This document shows positions 26,806 to 39,135 of a DNA stretch of 64,000 bases, piece by piece. The DNA comes from Octopus vulgaris (lineage: Eukaryota): NCBI GenBank assembly GCA_951406725.2, contig OX597816.1, positions 30,442,001 to 30,506,000 on the forward strand, in the 5' to 3' direction. Made by a program: the position numbers and the translations under genes. The notes beneath the pieces were generated by a model. It had not been told where the DNA came from. It did not search any database and saw only the letters and a list, made by a program, of their open reading frames with translations. Every line of letters starts with the position of its first letter. Position 1 is the first letter of the stretch.

Positions 26806-27494
26806 AAAATAAGTACCAATTGATCACTGCGGTCAATGTAATAGACCTAGCCCTCCTACGAAATTGTTGACCTTGAGCCAAAATATGAAAATAATAATTT
26901 CAACAAGTAGGGAAGAAAACTTCGCTTATGTTTACGGTTTATTATTCTTCTTCCGAAAATCATAGACTTCGCTGTACTTGCCGGAGTGATAATGAATTAC
27001 TATGTAGACGTGACTAATTAGCATATTAGAATAAAAGAAAGATGAAAATACCCAGTTGAAGCTAATGACACTGAGACGCTGTTTGTGAGTAATTAACTTC
27101 AGTGATATATTCTTTAAAAAATAATGAAATGACCTTTGGCACAAATTGATATTATCGCTGATATGACTGCAGCGACTGAAAAATTCTTTTGAAATATTTC
27201 AGAGGAGGAAAATGAATGTTAACTCCGTTTCTAATATATTGTTGGCTTGAAGTTGGTTGTTACCATTTTTGTTGGTTATGCTATTGTTGTTGTAGTTGGT
27301 TAGCTTTAATTTAGCTCAAATCTAATAGCAATGATGAAAAACATTCCAACCGTAACTATCCATCATATTTCAAATAATATATTGGTTAAGAGAAAGGACA
27401 TATTAACCAACGTGCCATTCATTCCTCTTACAAAAAGGTACTGTGTTATTTGAGGAACAGTTTACTGCTATCTTTAGCAGCTTCCGTGAACAAC

Positions 27495-29053
27495 GCAGGA
27501 GTGGCTGTGTGGTATGTAGCTTGCTTACCAACCTCATGGTTCCGGGTTCAGTCCCACTGCGTGGCACCTTGGGCAAGTGTCGGATCTTTTCTATTCTGAA
27601 GCCAGGACCACAGTTCTTTCTACTTAACTAAATAATCTGAAACTTCGTATGCTGATAGAGTCTAGCAAAACAAGACACAGGTTGGAACTAGTTTATTTGA
27701 GAAAAATCTATTTTATGACTTTAATCGTAGATTAAAACTGCGAATTTTAACCAATCAGATTGTTTGTTTTCATGTGTAAAACTTGACTGCATTCTATTAG
27801 TGTGACGTAGAAAGCGCCTTTGTGACGTACTAACGTTCGGAAAACTAAACAAATACGGCAGACGAAATACGGCTACGCATTTCGCCCGGCGTGCTAACGT
27901 TTCTGCCAGCTCTTTGCTTTTTTAATATTAAATTTCGGCGAAGTTTCGCTTGTCGTAGCACAAGTTTTCCGTCGATTTCCGTAAAAAACTTTTATTTTTT
28001 TACATAAGTAATGAGAGCGAAAGAGACTAAGAGGAAGCGATTTTATGACGAGGGAAGTTTGTCTTTGAAGTTACCGTCTAGGGGAAGCATTGATGTACAT
28101 GTGTGTGTGTGTGTGTGTTTGATGGGGTGTGGGAGACAGTATGTTGTGTAAGTGAAGTGCTTCTGTTAGTGTGTGTGAAGAGACAGAGAGAGTAATGTGT
28201 GAAAGAGAGAGATAACTGAAATTTTTTACTCGGTGTATGTGTATATGTATGTCTGCATGTATGTGTGTGTGTGTATGTATCTATGTATGTATGGCCAATT
28301 CATCGTAATTACGATTACGATGAATCGGCTATACATACATACACACACACACATACATACACACACACACATACTTACACATACATACACACACACATAC
28401 ATGCAGACATACAGAATGGAAACATTTTCAATTTAATACATGTGGCTTATTAACTAGTTTTAAATATTGTTATTAGAAGGTGGCTGACTTGTTTACATTT
28501 AAGATGTTAAATACGTCACGAAATTGGTGGTCGAGACGGAGTAAATAAAATAAAGCCGAATGACGGAATATCATTGGTTAAAATTCTAATTATTAAACAA
28601 CGTTAAACGTAGAAGTTACAATTCCGTTTTCATTCTGGTTTACAATTAAGTTTACTTTTGACACATTCTACCAGTATACGAAGTTTCAAATTGTTTGGTT
28701 CAGTAGGAAAAATTTGAAAAAACTGGCCTCAAAATAGAAAAGATCCCAAGTGTCTTCTACTATAGCCTCGGGCTGACCAAAGCCTTGTGAGTGGATTTGG
28801 TAGACGGAAACTGAAAGAAGCCCGTCGTATATATGTATGTATGTGTGTGTTTATGTGTTTGTGTTTGTCCCACCAACATCGCTTGACAACCGATGCTGGT
28901 GTGTTTTCGTCCCCGTTACTTAGCGGTTCGGCAAAAGAGACCGATAGAATAAGTACTGGGCTTACAAAGAATAAGTCCTGGGGTCGATGTGTTCAGCTAA
29001 AGGCGGAGCTCCAGCATGGCCACAGTCAAATTACTGAAACAAGTAAAAGCGAG
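27495..29053 (+). mobile_element. SINE C split by a Merlin-like MITE
   Basis: Head 27495-27581 continues seamlessly at 28755 once the MITE and one TSD copy are removed. Confidence 0.85.
27582..28746. mobile_element. Merlin-like MITE (1165 bp)
   Basis: TIR GGATCTTTTCTATT(C/T)TGA(A/G)GCCAG; perfect 8-bp TSD CAAGTGTC (27574-27581, 28747-28754); carries a SINE B head fragment at about 27855-27912. Confidence 0.85.
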
Positions 29054-29258
29054 TAACTAGAAACGTTACTGCATTTTTCTTGTTTGCATTGTTGCTGTTG
29101 TTGTCCTCGTTGTTCTGTCATCCACGATCATCTTTGATCGAACAAACCCGAATTCAAAGCCATTCCAGTCTGGACCATCTTGCGTTTATTTTCTCACATA
29201 GAATATCATTAACTGCATTAGACACCGTGCCCTTGTTTTCTACAATTCATAAGATGAC

Positions 29259-29648
29259 TATATGGAAGCACTCCTTCGGTTACGACGATGAGGGTTTCGG
29301 TTGATCCGAATCAACGAAACGGCCTGCTCGTGAAATTAACGTGTAAGTGGCTGAGCACTCCACAGACACGTGTACCCTTAACGTAGTTCTCGGGGATATT
29401 CAGCGTGATACAGAGAGTGACAAGGCCGGCCCTTTGAAATACAGGTATAACAGAAACAGGAAGTAAGAGTGAGAGAAAGTTGTGGTGAATGAGTACAGCA
29501 GGGATCACCACCATCCCCTGCCGGAGCCTCGTGGAGCTTTAGGCGTTTTTGCTCAATAAACACTCACAACGCCCGGTCTGGGAATCGAAACCGCGATCCT
29601 ATGACCGCGAGTCCGTTGCCCTAACCACTGGGCCATTGCGCCTCCACG
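29259..29648 (-). mobile_element. SINE A, tail type 2, full length
   Basis: tRNA head with A and B boxes; TSD CATAAGATGAC (29248-29258, 29649-29659). Confidence 0.9.
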
Positions 29649-30183
29649 CATAAGATGACAAAGTGTGACTGAAAGAAGAATTTACTGCTACATCTAACGT
29701 TGTTGTTGGTTTTGTTGTTGAATCATTTCATGCAATGGTTTTGTTGTGTTTAGGATCTGATATTTCTAATGTTGCTATTGCTGAGCACTCGCCGAAATGA
29801 GTTTGATGAGAGCTGCTGCATCTCCACTAACATTGTTGCGATGTCACTGTTGCGATGTCATTGGCTTTCGTGTTGTTGCTAATTCACCAGCCCTGTTGGT
29901 ATGTCATTTAACCACCATTATTGTGATGTTGCTATTTCCCTGATGACGTTATGTTGCTATTTAAGTACCGTTGTTTTGTTGATATTATCTTGCTGCTGTT
30001 GTGTAATCAAAATATTTAACTACTTCTGATGAGGTACTATTTAACCGATGCGTTACTGAACTCTTACTGCTGTTGCTTTCCAATTGCCATAGTTACTGCA
30101 GTGGTACTGTTGTTGTTACTCAACTGCCACTGTTATTGCTGTCTTGCTGCTGTGGTTGCCTTTGCTATTGTCGTCTAGCTATT

Positions 30184-30416
30184 GAAGGCAGCGAGCTGGT
30201 AGAGTCGTTAGCACGCCGGGCGAAATGCGTAGCCGTATTACGTCTGCCGTTACGTTCTGAGTTCAAATTCCGCCGAGGTCGACTTTGCCTTTCATCCTTT
30301 CGGGGTCGATAAATTAAGTACCAGTTACGCACTGGGGTCGATGTAATCGACTTAATTCGTTTGTCTGCCCTTGTTTGTCTCCTCTATGTTTAGCCCCTTG
30401 TGGGTAATAAAGAAAC
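30184..30416 (+). mobile_element. SINE B, full length with Tx1-like tail
   Basis: GAGCTGGTAGAGTCG head, GAGTTCAAATTCC B box, core, TTTAGCCCCTTGTGGGTAATAAAGAAA tail. Confidence 0.9.
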
Positions 30417-30497
30417 ATATTGTTGTTATTACTGAACTGCCTTTGACATTTTACTGTCCTGCTATTTTCGTGACTATTTAACTACAATTTTGTTACG

Positions 30498-30843
30498 GTG
30501 GTTAGGGCAGCGGACTCGCGGTCATAGGATCGCGGTTTCGATTCCCAGACCGGGCGTTGTGAGTGTTTATTGAGCGAAAACTCCTAAAAAGCTCCACGAG
30601 GCTCCGGCAGGGGATGGTGGTGATCCCTGCTGTAGTCTTTCACCACAACCTTCTCTCACTCTTACTTCCTGTTTCAGTTGTACCTGTATTTCAATGGGCC
30701 GGCCTTGTCACTCTCTGTGTCACGCTGAATATCCCACGTGTCTCTGGAGTGCTCAGCCACTTACACGTTAATTTCACGAGCAGGCTGTTCCGTTGATTCG
30801 GATCAACCGGAACCCTCATCGTCGTAACCGACGGAGTGCTTCC
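30498..30843 (+). mobile_element. SINE A, tail type 2
   Basis: Matches the reverse complement of 29259-29648, with an internal deletion. Confidence 0.9.
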
Positions 30844-31545
30844 CCAAAAAAAACTGTCTTGCTGCTGTTATTACTATTTAACTGCTGTTGTCATTGCTGT
30901 CTTACTGATGTTACTTCTACTTAATTAGCTTTGTTATTGCTGTGTTGCTGTTATTATTTAGCTACTATTTTAATGTTCACCATTTTGTTGCTCACGTGTT
31001 TCATGTGATATCACTGTTGCTTGATATTTACTTTTCTCTGTGTTTTTTTTCCCCATTTCCATTATTTTCCCTTTAATTAGACCTTCAGAAACGGAGTTGG
31101 CGGAGCTATATTATATTTCTTTTTGCTCTTTTACATTCTGACTTAAAATCCTGCCGGGTCAAAGATCAATTATCCTGCTCTTCGAAACATGTGAAGATTT
31201 GTGCTTACGTTTAAAAACCATGTCTAGTGAATAAAGGAGAGAATGTGTGGAGAAGGAGGAATACACCGGATACTTGTAAGATTTACCTTACTAGGAAGGT
31301 CAAACTGTTTGGTACTCAGCAAGTATGTTTATAGGTTGTTGTTGACATAAATCCTATTGATTAAGTAAATCTGTGATCAAGGGAGCTCTAGTCATGAATA
31401 TCCCCTAATTTTGGATTTCAGACATAGTGTATAGAGGACTACATTATTCCATATGTACTTATATTTTAAGAGGTTGTGTGTCATAGGAGGGGCAGTTTGC
31501 TGCTATTTCTAACAAGATGAGTTAGTATATAGCTCTATTACAGGG

Positions 31546-31587
<42 letters not shown>

Positions 31588-32149
31588 GTAGCAATATTAG
31601 TGGTAGTAGTAAAGATGATTGTGGCAAAGTACGACAGAAAAAAAGAGGGAGAGAGAAGTGTTAGCGACGTGAGGTAGGGGTTATGTAATAGTTATTACGT
31701 TGTTAAAAAGTTAGCTGCAGAAAGAGATATAGAGAAAGAGCTATAGAGAAAGAGAGTTAGAGACACAATGGTTAACAGAGGGCTGATGTTCTGGAGTGAA
31801 ATGAAATGAAAATATTCTTGGTTGGCAAACAACTTAGACCAAGCTTTGTTACAGAAAAGTATAGTGAGAACGGTGGTGATAGTAGTGATGGTTATGGTGG
31901 AGGTGGTGGTGGTGGCGGTGGCTGAGATGATGATGATGATGGTGGTGGAGTAGGTGGCAGTGGTGAATAAATAGTGAAACGTGTAGTTTTTCTTTTATTG
32001 AACTATTTTTTTATATCGCCCATGATGCAGAATATACAAAACTTTTAGCAACCTAAAAAATTTCGTATTTAACGTGGAATTTCCTTGGGTACTGTTAGGA
32101 ATTATATTACTGTTGTTGTTGTTCTCCAATACGTAAATCTCTGATTGTG

Positions 32150-33000
32150 TGTAATTATACCTCAGCTCTTGCCTACAACTCACAGGCAAAGGTATTGCAC
32201 CCAGATTCAGATCTCAGGTGTTACATCGAAATTCTTTGAAATTGTTCCAAGTACACCAATGATAAAAAGGACAGTTTTGACTGTTGCTTGATGTATTTAC
32301 CGAACCTGGCCTACCAAATCCTGGTGTGGAAGCATTCCGTCGGTTACGACGATGAGGGTTCCGGTTGATCCGATCAACGGAACAGCCTGATCGTGAAATT
32401 AACGTGTAAGTGGCTGAGTACTCTACAGACACGTGTACCCTTAACGTAGTTCTCGGGGATATTCAGCGTGACACAGAGAGTGACAAGGCCGGCCCTTTGA
32501 AATACAGGTACAACAGAAACAGGAAGTAAGAGTGAGAGAAAGTTGTGGTGAAAGAGTACAGCAGGGATCACCACCATCCCTGCCGGAGCCTCGTGGAGCT
32601 TTTAGGTGTTTTCGCTCAATAAACACTCACAACGCCCGGTCTGGGAATCGAAACCGCGATCCTACGACCGCGAGTCCGCTGCTCTAACAACTGGGCCATT
32701 GCACCTCCAACCAAATCCAGGTATTTGTCTACCTTCTCAATCTCGATGATTTCAGCAGCAGAAAAAGTGGTTGTCTATCGTAACCCATTCATGTGTATCT
32801 TCGTGCACAATTATGATATCGGAGTGATAATGTTCTCCACGTCTCTCTGTTAAGATGGTCATGTCCCGCATGTACCTCACTCTCTCCTCCTCAAACATAA
32901 CTTGTAGAATGGAGTTACACCACTTATTCCTGCATGCAAGATCGTATTTCTTGCACAGTTCCCAGATCACTCTAAGAGAGATCTTGTCATGTCTACACTT
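32150..33000 (-). mobile_element. Degenerate R4/Dong LINE fragment interrupted by SINE A
   Basis: IWELCKKYDL..KW..DMTILTERR..SDIIIV and EKVDKYLDL. Confidence 0.7.
32326..32709 (-). mobile_element. SINE A, tail type 2
   Basis: TSD ACCAAATCC(T/A)GGT at 32313-32325 and 32710-32722. Confidence 0.9.
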
Positions 33001-33107
33001 ATGTTGTTGTTGTTGTTGTTATTATTACTATTATTATTATCATCATTATCATTACTATCATCATGATTATTATTATTATGATTATTATTATTATGATTAT
33101 TATTATG

Positions 33108-33154
<47 letters not shown>

Positions 33155-33436
33155 CTTGATATGAGATATTGCGTATATTTTGCCCCAGTGTTGCAGCAGT
33201 GCATGACATCAAAGTAACACTGGGGCAAAATATACGAAATGCCGTTTATCCATCATGATTACCCGTCTGATAAGGTTACACTAGGCACATGCACCACAAC
33301 CACGTGAGGGCGAATGGTAATCTCATATCAAGGTTCTTCTTCTTCTTCTTCTTCTTCTTCTTCTTCTTCTTCTTCTTCTTCTTCTTCTTCTTCTTCTTCT
33401 TCTTCTTCTTCTTCTTCTTCTTCTTCTTCTCATTAT

Positions 33437-33650
33437 TAAGGCGGCAAGCAGGCAGAATCGTTAGCACACCGGGCGAAATGCTTAGCAGTATTTCGTCTGC
33501 AGCTACGGTCTGAGTTCAAATTCCACCGATTTCAACTTTGCCTTTCATCCTTCCGGGGTCAAAAAATTAAGTACTAGTTGAGCACTGGGGTCGATGTAAT
33601 AGACTTGGCCCTTCCCCCGAAATTGCCAACCTTGGGTTAAAATTTGAAAC

Positions 33651-33705
<55 letters not shown>

Positions 33706-33714
33706 GTTATTGTT

Positions 33715-33745
<31 letters not shown>

Positions 33746-33960
33746 AAGGCGGCGAGGTGGCAGAATCGTTAGAACGCCGGGCGAAATGCTTAGTGCTCTT
33801 TCATCCGTCGCTACCTTTTAAGCTCAAATTCCGCCGAGGTCGAATTTGCCTTTCATCCTTTCGGGGTCAATAAAGTAAGAACCATTTGAACACAGGAGTC
33901 GATGTAATCGACTCATCCCCTTCCCCCAAATTGTTGCCCTTGTGGCAAAATTTGAAACCT
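33437..33960 (+). mobile_element. Two older SINE B copies (33437-33652, 33745-33960) with an alternative tail
   Basis: GGCAGAATCGTTAG head and core; tail CCCC(C/G)AAATTG..AAAATTTGAAACC. Confidence 0.8.
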
Positions 33961-35549
33961 TTATTATTATTGCTATTATTATTAGCTGTAGCAGCAGTAG
34001 TAGTAATAGTTGCTTAGTCAGAGGAGGAAATGTACCACCCACGATTGCTTTTCTCTGTCTCTTCGGTGGGAAGAAGAAAGGAAACTATCCTCAGTCTGGA
34101 GACCTGGTCTGAATATCTACAGCAAAGTGAAGTCTATGAAAGGAACACAACGGCCAGGTTATGGTGTTAAACCAGACTACGAAAGAAGTATGGCACTTAA
34201 ATATGCTGCGTAAAAGGTTTATAACGTCCAGATTACGGTGTTAAAACCAGACTATGATGTTAAACCAGGCGACGGACTAAGTATAGTACTTTAGTGACCA
34301 TCCAAGCTTTCGACATTGGTCGACTCCAGGCCACCGTAAAAGACAATTGTTGAAGGTGTCGCTCAGTGGTATTGAATCAGGAATCGTTTAGTTCTGAAGC
34401 GATCTCCTTAAGAACATAACCATGCCTGTTATTATTCTTGCTGCTCCTACTATTACTGCTTTCCAGTCTTTCAATTACCGTTTGTTTTGAACTGAAGTCT
34501 CTGTTACTATGGCCATTATTGATCTTTTTTCTCATTTCTTGTACAAAACTACCTGAAGCCATTCACTATAGTAAACATGACTAATTCTATGGATTGTGTT
34601 ACAAGAAAAGTAAGTCGTTTCCAGGCTCGGTATTATGTTTTCTTTGCTAGATAGCTCAATATACTCTGTTTAAATTAGTTTATTATATTTTCAGCCTCAA
34701 GAGATTTACTTGCCTAGATATTTTCTTGTTTCTTCTTGTTTTTTTTTCTTAAATAAGTATAAAGCAAAAATGAATTTTAGTTTTCTTCAGATGAGCTTAC
34801 ATTTCTGTAATTCCTGTTTTAGTAAACGATGTATTTATACATACACAAACAAATTCCCAAATAAACACAAACATATATACAAACATACATGTATGTATAT
34901 ATATTATATACACAAGGTAGTGTATATATATATATATATATATATATTTTACAAACACATAACCACCGCACATATATGTATATAAATGCGTATATACATA
35001 CGTATACATATACTCGCATACACAGATATGTGTATGTATATATAAGCATACAGAGTTACATACACACATATCCAAAATTATATATGATGTAGAGACAATG
35101 TGTGTGATGGTGAAGTCTTGGATTTAACAAATGTAAACATAGACGTTCTTCTGTGATGTGGCGGATAAAGCAACCGTTTTATAGTTGGTAGGGAAGCAGA
35201 AAATTTCAAAAACCTCTAATCAATGGAGAGTTATGTTGTGGGAAAAAGCCTCCTCATACAAATCGAAGTTATGATACAAAGATTGCTTTTAATTTGATGT
35301 GAAAAATATTTAGAATGCTCGGAATTTACTGTAACTGGTAAGGTAATACTGAGAAAATAAACTCTAATCGTCCTTACATTTTGAAGAGAATAGCATGCAA
35401 ATTTGAAAGAAGATACAAAGAAAAGTGTCCCATAGTTATCAAATAAGGTTTCGATCAGTCCGAGGCCATAGCGGAAGACACTTGCCCAAGATACCCGAGC
35501 TGGACTGAACCCGAGACAATGTGGTTGGAAAACAAACTACTTACCACAG

Positions 35550-36077
35550 CTATGTATGTATGTATGTATGTATGTATGTATGTATGTATGTATGTATGTA
35601 TGTATGTATGTATGTATGTATGTATGTATGTATGTATGTATGTATGTATGTATGTATGTATGTATGTATGTTTGTATGTTTGTTTGTATGTATGTATGTA
35701 TGTATGTTTGTATGTATGTATGTATGCATGTTTGTATGTATGTATGTATGTTTGTATGTTTGTATGTTTGTATGTATGTATGTATGTATGTATGCATACA
35801 TGTATGTATGCATACATGTATGTATGCATACATGTATGTATGTATGTATGTATGTATGTATGTATGTATGTATGTATGTTTGTATGTATGTATGTATGCA
35901 TGTTTGTATGTATGCATGTTTGTATGTATGTATGTATGTATGTTTGTATGTATGTATGTATGTATGTATGTTTGTATGTATGTATGTATGTATGTTTGTA
36001 TGTATGTATGTATGTATGTTTGTATGTATGTATGTATGTATGTATGTATGTATGTTTGTATGTATGTATGTATGTAT
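35550..36077. repeat. (TATG)n microsatellite
   Basis: Direct tetranucleotide repeat. Confidence 0.95.
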
Positions 36078-36248
36078 TGTGATACACGATCCCTATTGAT
36101 CGTTTCTTTCCATTATTTTCTCTTTCCGTTTTACGATCCCTTTTGATCGAAAACCTATCCCTTTTTTTTCTTTTTCTCACCAAAAAGAAAAGCTCTACTT
36201 TGTAATCTGCCCAGTCTGTGTTCAGCCCTGTGTGGCTAATAAAGAAAC
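36078..36248 (+). mobile_element. Probable Tx1/L1-like LINE 3' UTR fragment
   Basis: Ends TCTGTGTTCAGCCCTGTGTGGCTAATAAAGAAAC, matching the SINE B tail but with a non-SINE upstream segment. Confidence 0.55.
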
Positions 36249-36387
36249 ACATCCATCTTCCTTTCATCAATTATAGGACTGTGGGGCTGTAACCGAGCTG
36301 TGACACCACCTAGATGAATATTTCCAAAGTCTCTAATCAATGGAGGATTAGGGTCAGGAAAAAGATTGTTGATAATCTCTTCGAATG

Positions 36388-36475
36388 CTCAACTTACGAC
36401 CAAACTCGTCTCAACTTACGACCAAACTAGTCTCAACTTACGACCAAACTCGTCTCAACTTATGACCAAACTTGT
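36388..36475. repeat. 4 x 22-bp minisatellite CTCAACTTACGACCAAACTCGT
   Basis: Direct tandem copies without spacers; Tigger-like AACTTACG motif. Confidence 0.9.
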
Positions 36476-36665
36476 CTTCTCAGTCGCTTAAGTTTACATG
36501 AATCAAAGTAATCTAATAGGAAATCTTTGCAAGCTGAAAGAAAATATATCTGTCAATCATGCAATACATACTGTTTTTATATTAGCAGTGTTTTTATATT
36601 TATATTTTGGAGTGCATTTAACTAAGAAGAGTCGATGACATAATAATTCTTGCAAAATCTGAATA

Positions 36666-37064
36666 TCATCATAATTAGAAATAATGAATTTCTAAATGTC
36701 TCAACGAGATATGAGCGGTGGTGGAGCGATAAAGTGGTTGTATAAAGTCAGCATAACGTGACAGTCCCGTAGAGGGAATTATACCACCACTATATAGCCC
36801 TATGAAGCATCGACGCTTCCTGTCAGCTTTGACAAATTTTCTGTGTCCATATATTCGCAAAGGAAAGGCAAGCACCCCACCAGCTAGGAACAGCAACCTG
36901 AATACATGCATGTTTCTGGGTATTGTCCTTCATCAGTTCAGGGTAGCGTGTCCTCGCTAGCGGTGATACCTACCAAGCCCTTGCGAATATATCTATTTAC
37001 AGTGAAATTTATTCACTGGTCACCGTAATCAGAAATAATGAATTTCTAAATGTCTAAACGAAAA
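36666..37064 (-). mobile_element. Retrozyme-like non-coding element (354-bp unit with terminal redundancy)
   Basis: Direct repeat with perfect 25-bp core AGAAATAATGAATTTCTAAATGTCT (36677, 37031); multiple internal hairpins and a hammerhead motif. Confidence 0.65.
36897..36942 (-). ncRNA. Type I minimal hammerhead ribozyme
   Basis: Minus strand CCTGAA-CTGATGA-AGGACAATACCCA-GAAA-CATGCATG-TA-TTCAGG: perfect 6-bp stem I, conserved core, palindromic stem III, GUA cleavage triplet; weak stem II. Confidence 0.8.
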
Positions 37065-37204
37065 TCATCAGCTGGGCTAAAATATGAATTTCTCTCTGCT
37101 GATCATAAGTAAAGGGAATATTCATCATTGATATCATTCCAATCTCTCTGTGCATACATAAATAGACACAATGATAAATAATACATACATAGATATATAT
37201 ACAG

Positions 37205-37293
<89 letters not shown>

Positions 37294-37512
37294 CATATTT
37301 ATGTGACTGTGACATTTTGTTTCTCCACCGCCACCGCTTGACAACCGGTGGTGATTTATCTACGCGTCCGTAACTTCACGGTTCGCCAAAAGGGGGCTGA
37401 TAGAATAAGTACTACGTTTTAAAAAGTAAGTACTGGATTCAATTCGTTCCAATAAAACATTTTGCGGTAACTCTGCAATGAGTAAACCAAGGAATACACT
37501 CACACACGCGCG

Positions 37513-37577
<65 letters not shown>

Positions 37578-37839
37578 ACACACACACACACAACACACAC
37601 ATACACACGCACACACATATACACACACATATACACACACATATGCATGCGCAGTCTCCATCTGCTAAATTTACTCGCAATGCATCAATCGGTTCAAGGC
37701 ATGAAGGAAAAATATTTTCCCAGGGTGCCTCACACGGAACGGAGCCCTCAGCCATGCAATTTCCAAACGAACTTCGTCTATATGAGTGTATTCTATTCAA
37801 AAGGATTTTCAACCTAATATTTATCAGCTTTTATTTATA

Positions 37840-38328
37840 GGCGTAAATTTGGCTGTGTGGTAAGTAGCTTGCTTGCGAGCCACATGGTTCCGGGTTCAGT
37901 CCTACTGCGTGGCACCTTGGGCAAGTGTCTTCTACTATAGCCTCGGGCCGACCAAAGCCTTGTGAGTGGATTTGGTAGACGGAAACTGAAAGAAGCTCGT
38001 CGTATATATCGTTTTATCGTTTCGTTTCATCTAGTTTCAGCTCACGAGCTGTGGCCATGCTGGGGCACCGCCATTATGTATATATATATATATATATATA
38101 TGTGTATGTGTGTATGTGTGTGTGTATGTTAGTGTGTCTGTGTTTTCCCCCCAACATCGCGTGACAATCGATGCTGGTGTGTTTACGTCCCTGTAACTTA
38201 ACGGTTCGGCAACAGAGACCGATAGACTAAGTACTAGGCTTACAAAGAATGAGTTCTGGGATCGATTTGCTCGACTAAAGGCGGTGCTCCAGCATGGCCA
38301 CAGTCACATGACTAAAAAGAGTAAAGAG
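37840..38328 (+). mobile_element. SINE C, full length, with an inverted LINE-tail fragment at 38010-38072
   Basis: TGGCTGTGTGGTAAG head, GGGTTCAGTCC, CCTTGGGCAAGTG CORE-like motif, internal microsatellite, tail. Confidence 0.9.
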
Positions 38329-38850
38329 CTTTATATGTACTTCGACAATCAATTCACCAAAAGAATTACTCCACATTCTTTCTAGTGTTTATATATTGTT
38401 GGCGTCAGCAGTATATGCACTCTGAACCATACATATCGCAAGGTTCACAGGCAACAGTGGACCCGTGCAGTTGCCGTGTGATATCCAAGAGGTCGGTAAA
38501 GGCCACCTGGTAGGCATCCAGGATAATTGCAAGACGATTTAGTCTAGCAAGTTTTGTCAAGATGGTGTGGACGATACTGAAAAGAAGCAGCTGCCTTAGT
38601 AACATTGTCAATATCAACGGAAACACAAGTAAGCTTTGCACCTAACTGTGAATGAAACTTGTGTAAAATGCCACAGCTTAAATAACAAAGACAGTGTAAC
38701 TTAATATCATGCATCAAAGCATCATTGCGTTTCTCATTGTGCTGGTTGTTGCCAAAGTACAAAGCCTCTGTGACAGTTTCAATATCATCACTTTTGCTAA
38801 ATTCAAACCTTTAGAACCTTAATAGCATTCATATAAATGTAAGTTACATG

Positions 38851-39084
38851 TCTCTTTTACTCTTTTTTTTACCCTTTTACTTGTTTCAGTCATTTGACTG
38901 CGGCCATGCTGGAGCACCGCCTTTAGTCGAGCAAATCGACCCCGGGACTTATTCTTTGTAAGCCCAGTACTTATTCTATCAGTCTCTTTTGCCGAACCGC
39001 TAAGTGACGGGGACGTAAACACACCAGTATCGGTTGACAAGCAATGCTTGGGGGACAAACACAGACACACAAACACACACACAT

Positions 39085-39135
<51 letters not shown>

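Noticed and set aside
29311-29563. Recurrent ORFs MVVIPAVL.. and MFIERK.. as a gene family
   Set aside because: Incidental ORFs within SINE A copies
30026-30052. CTGATGA-GGT..ACC as a hammerhead
   Set aside because: Followed by GATG rather than GAAA, with no stem I or III
36388-36475. 22-bp repeats as a CRISPR array
   Set aside because: No spacers, eukaryotic context and no cas genes; it is a minisatellite
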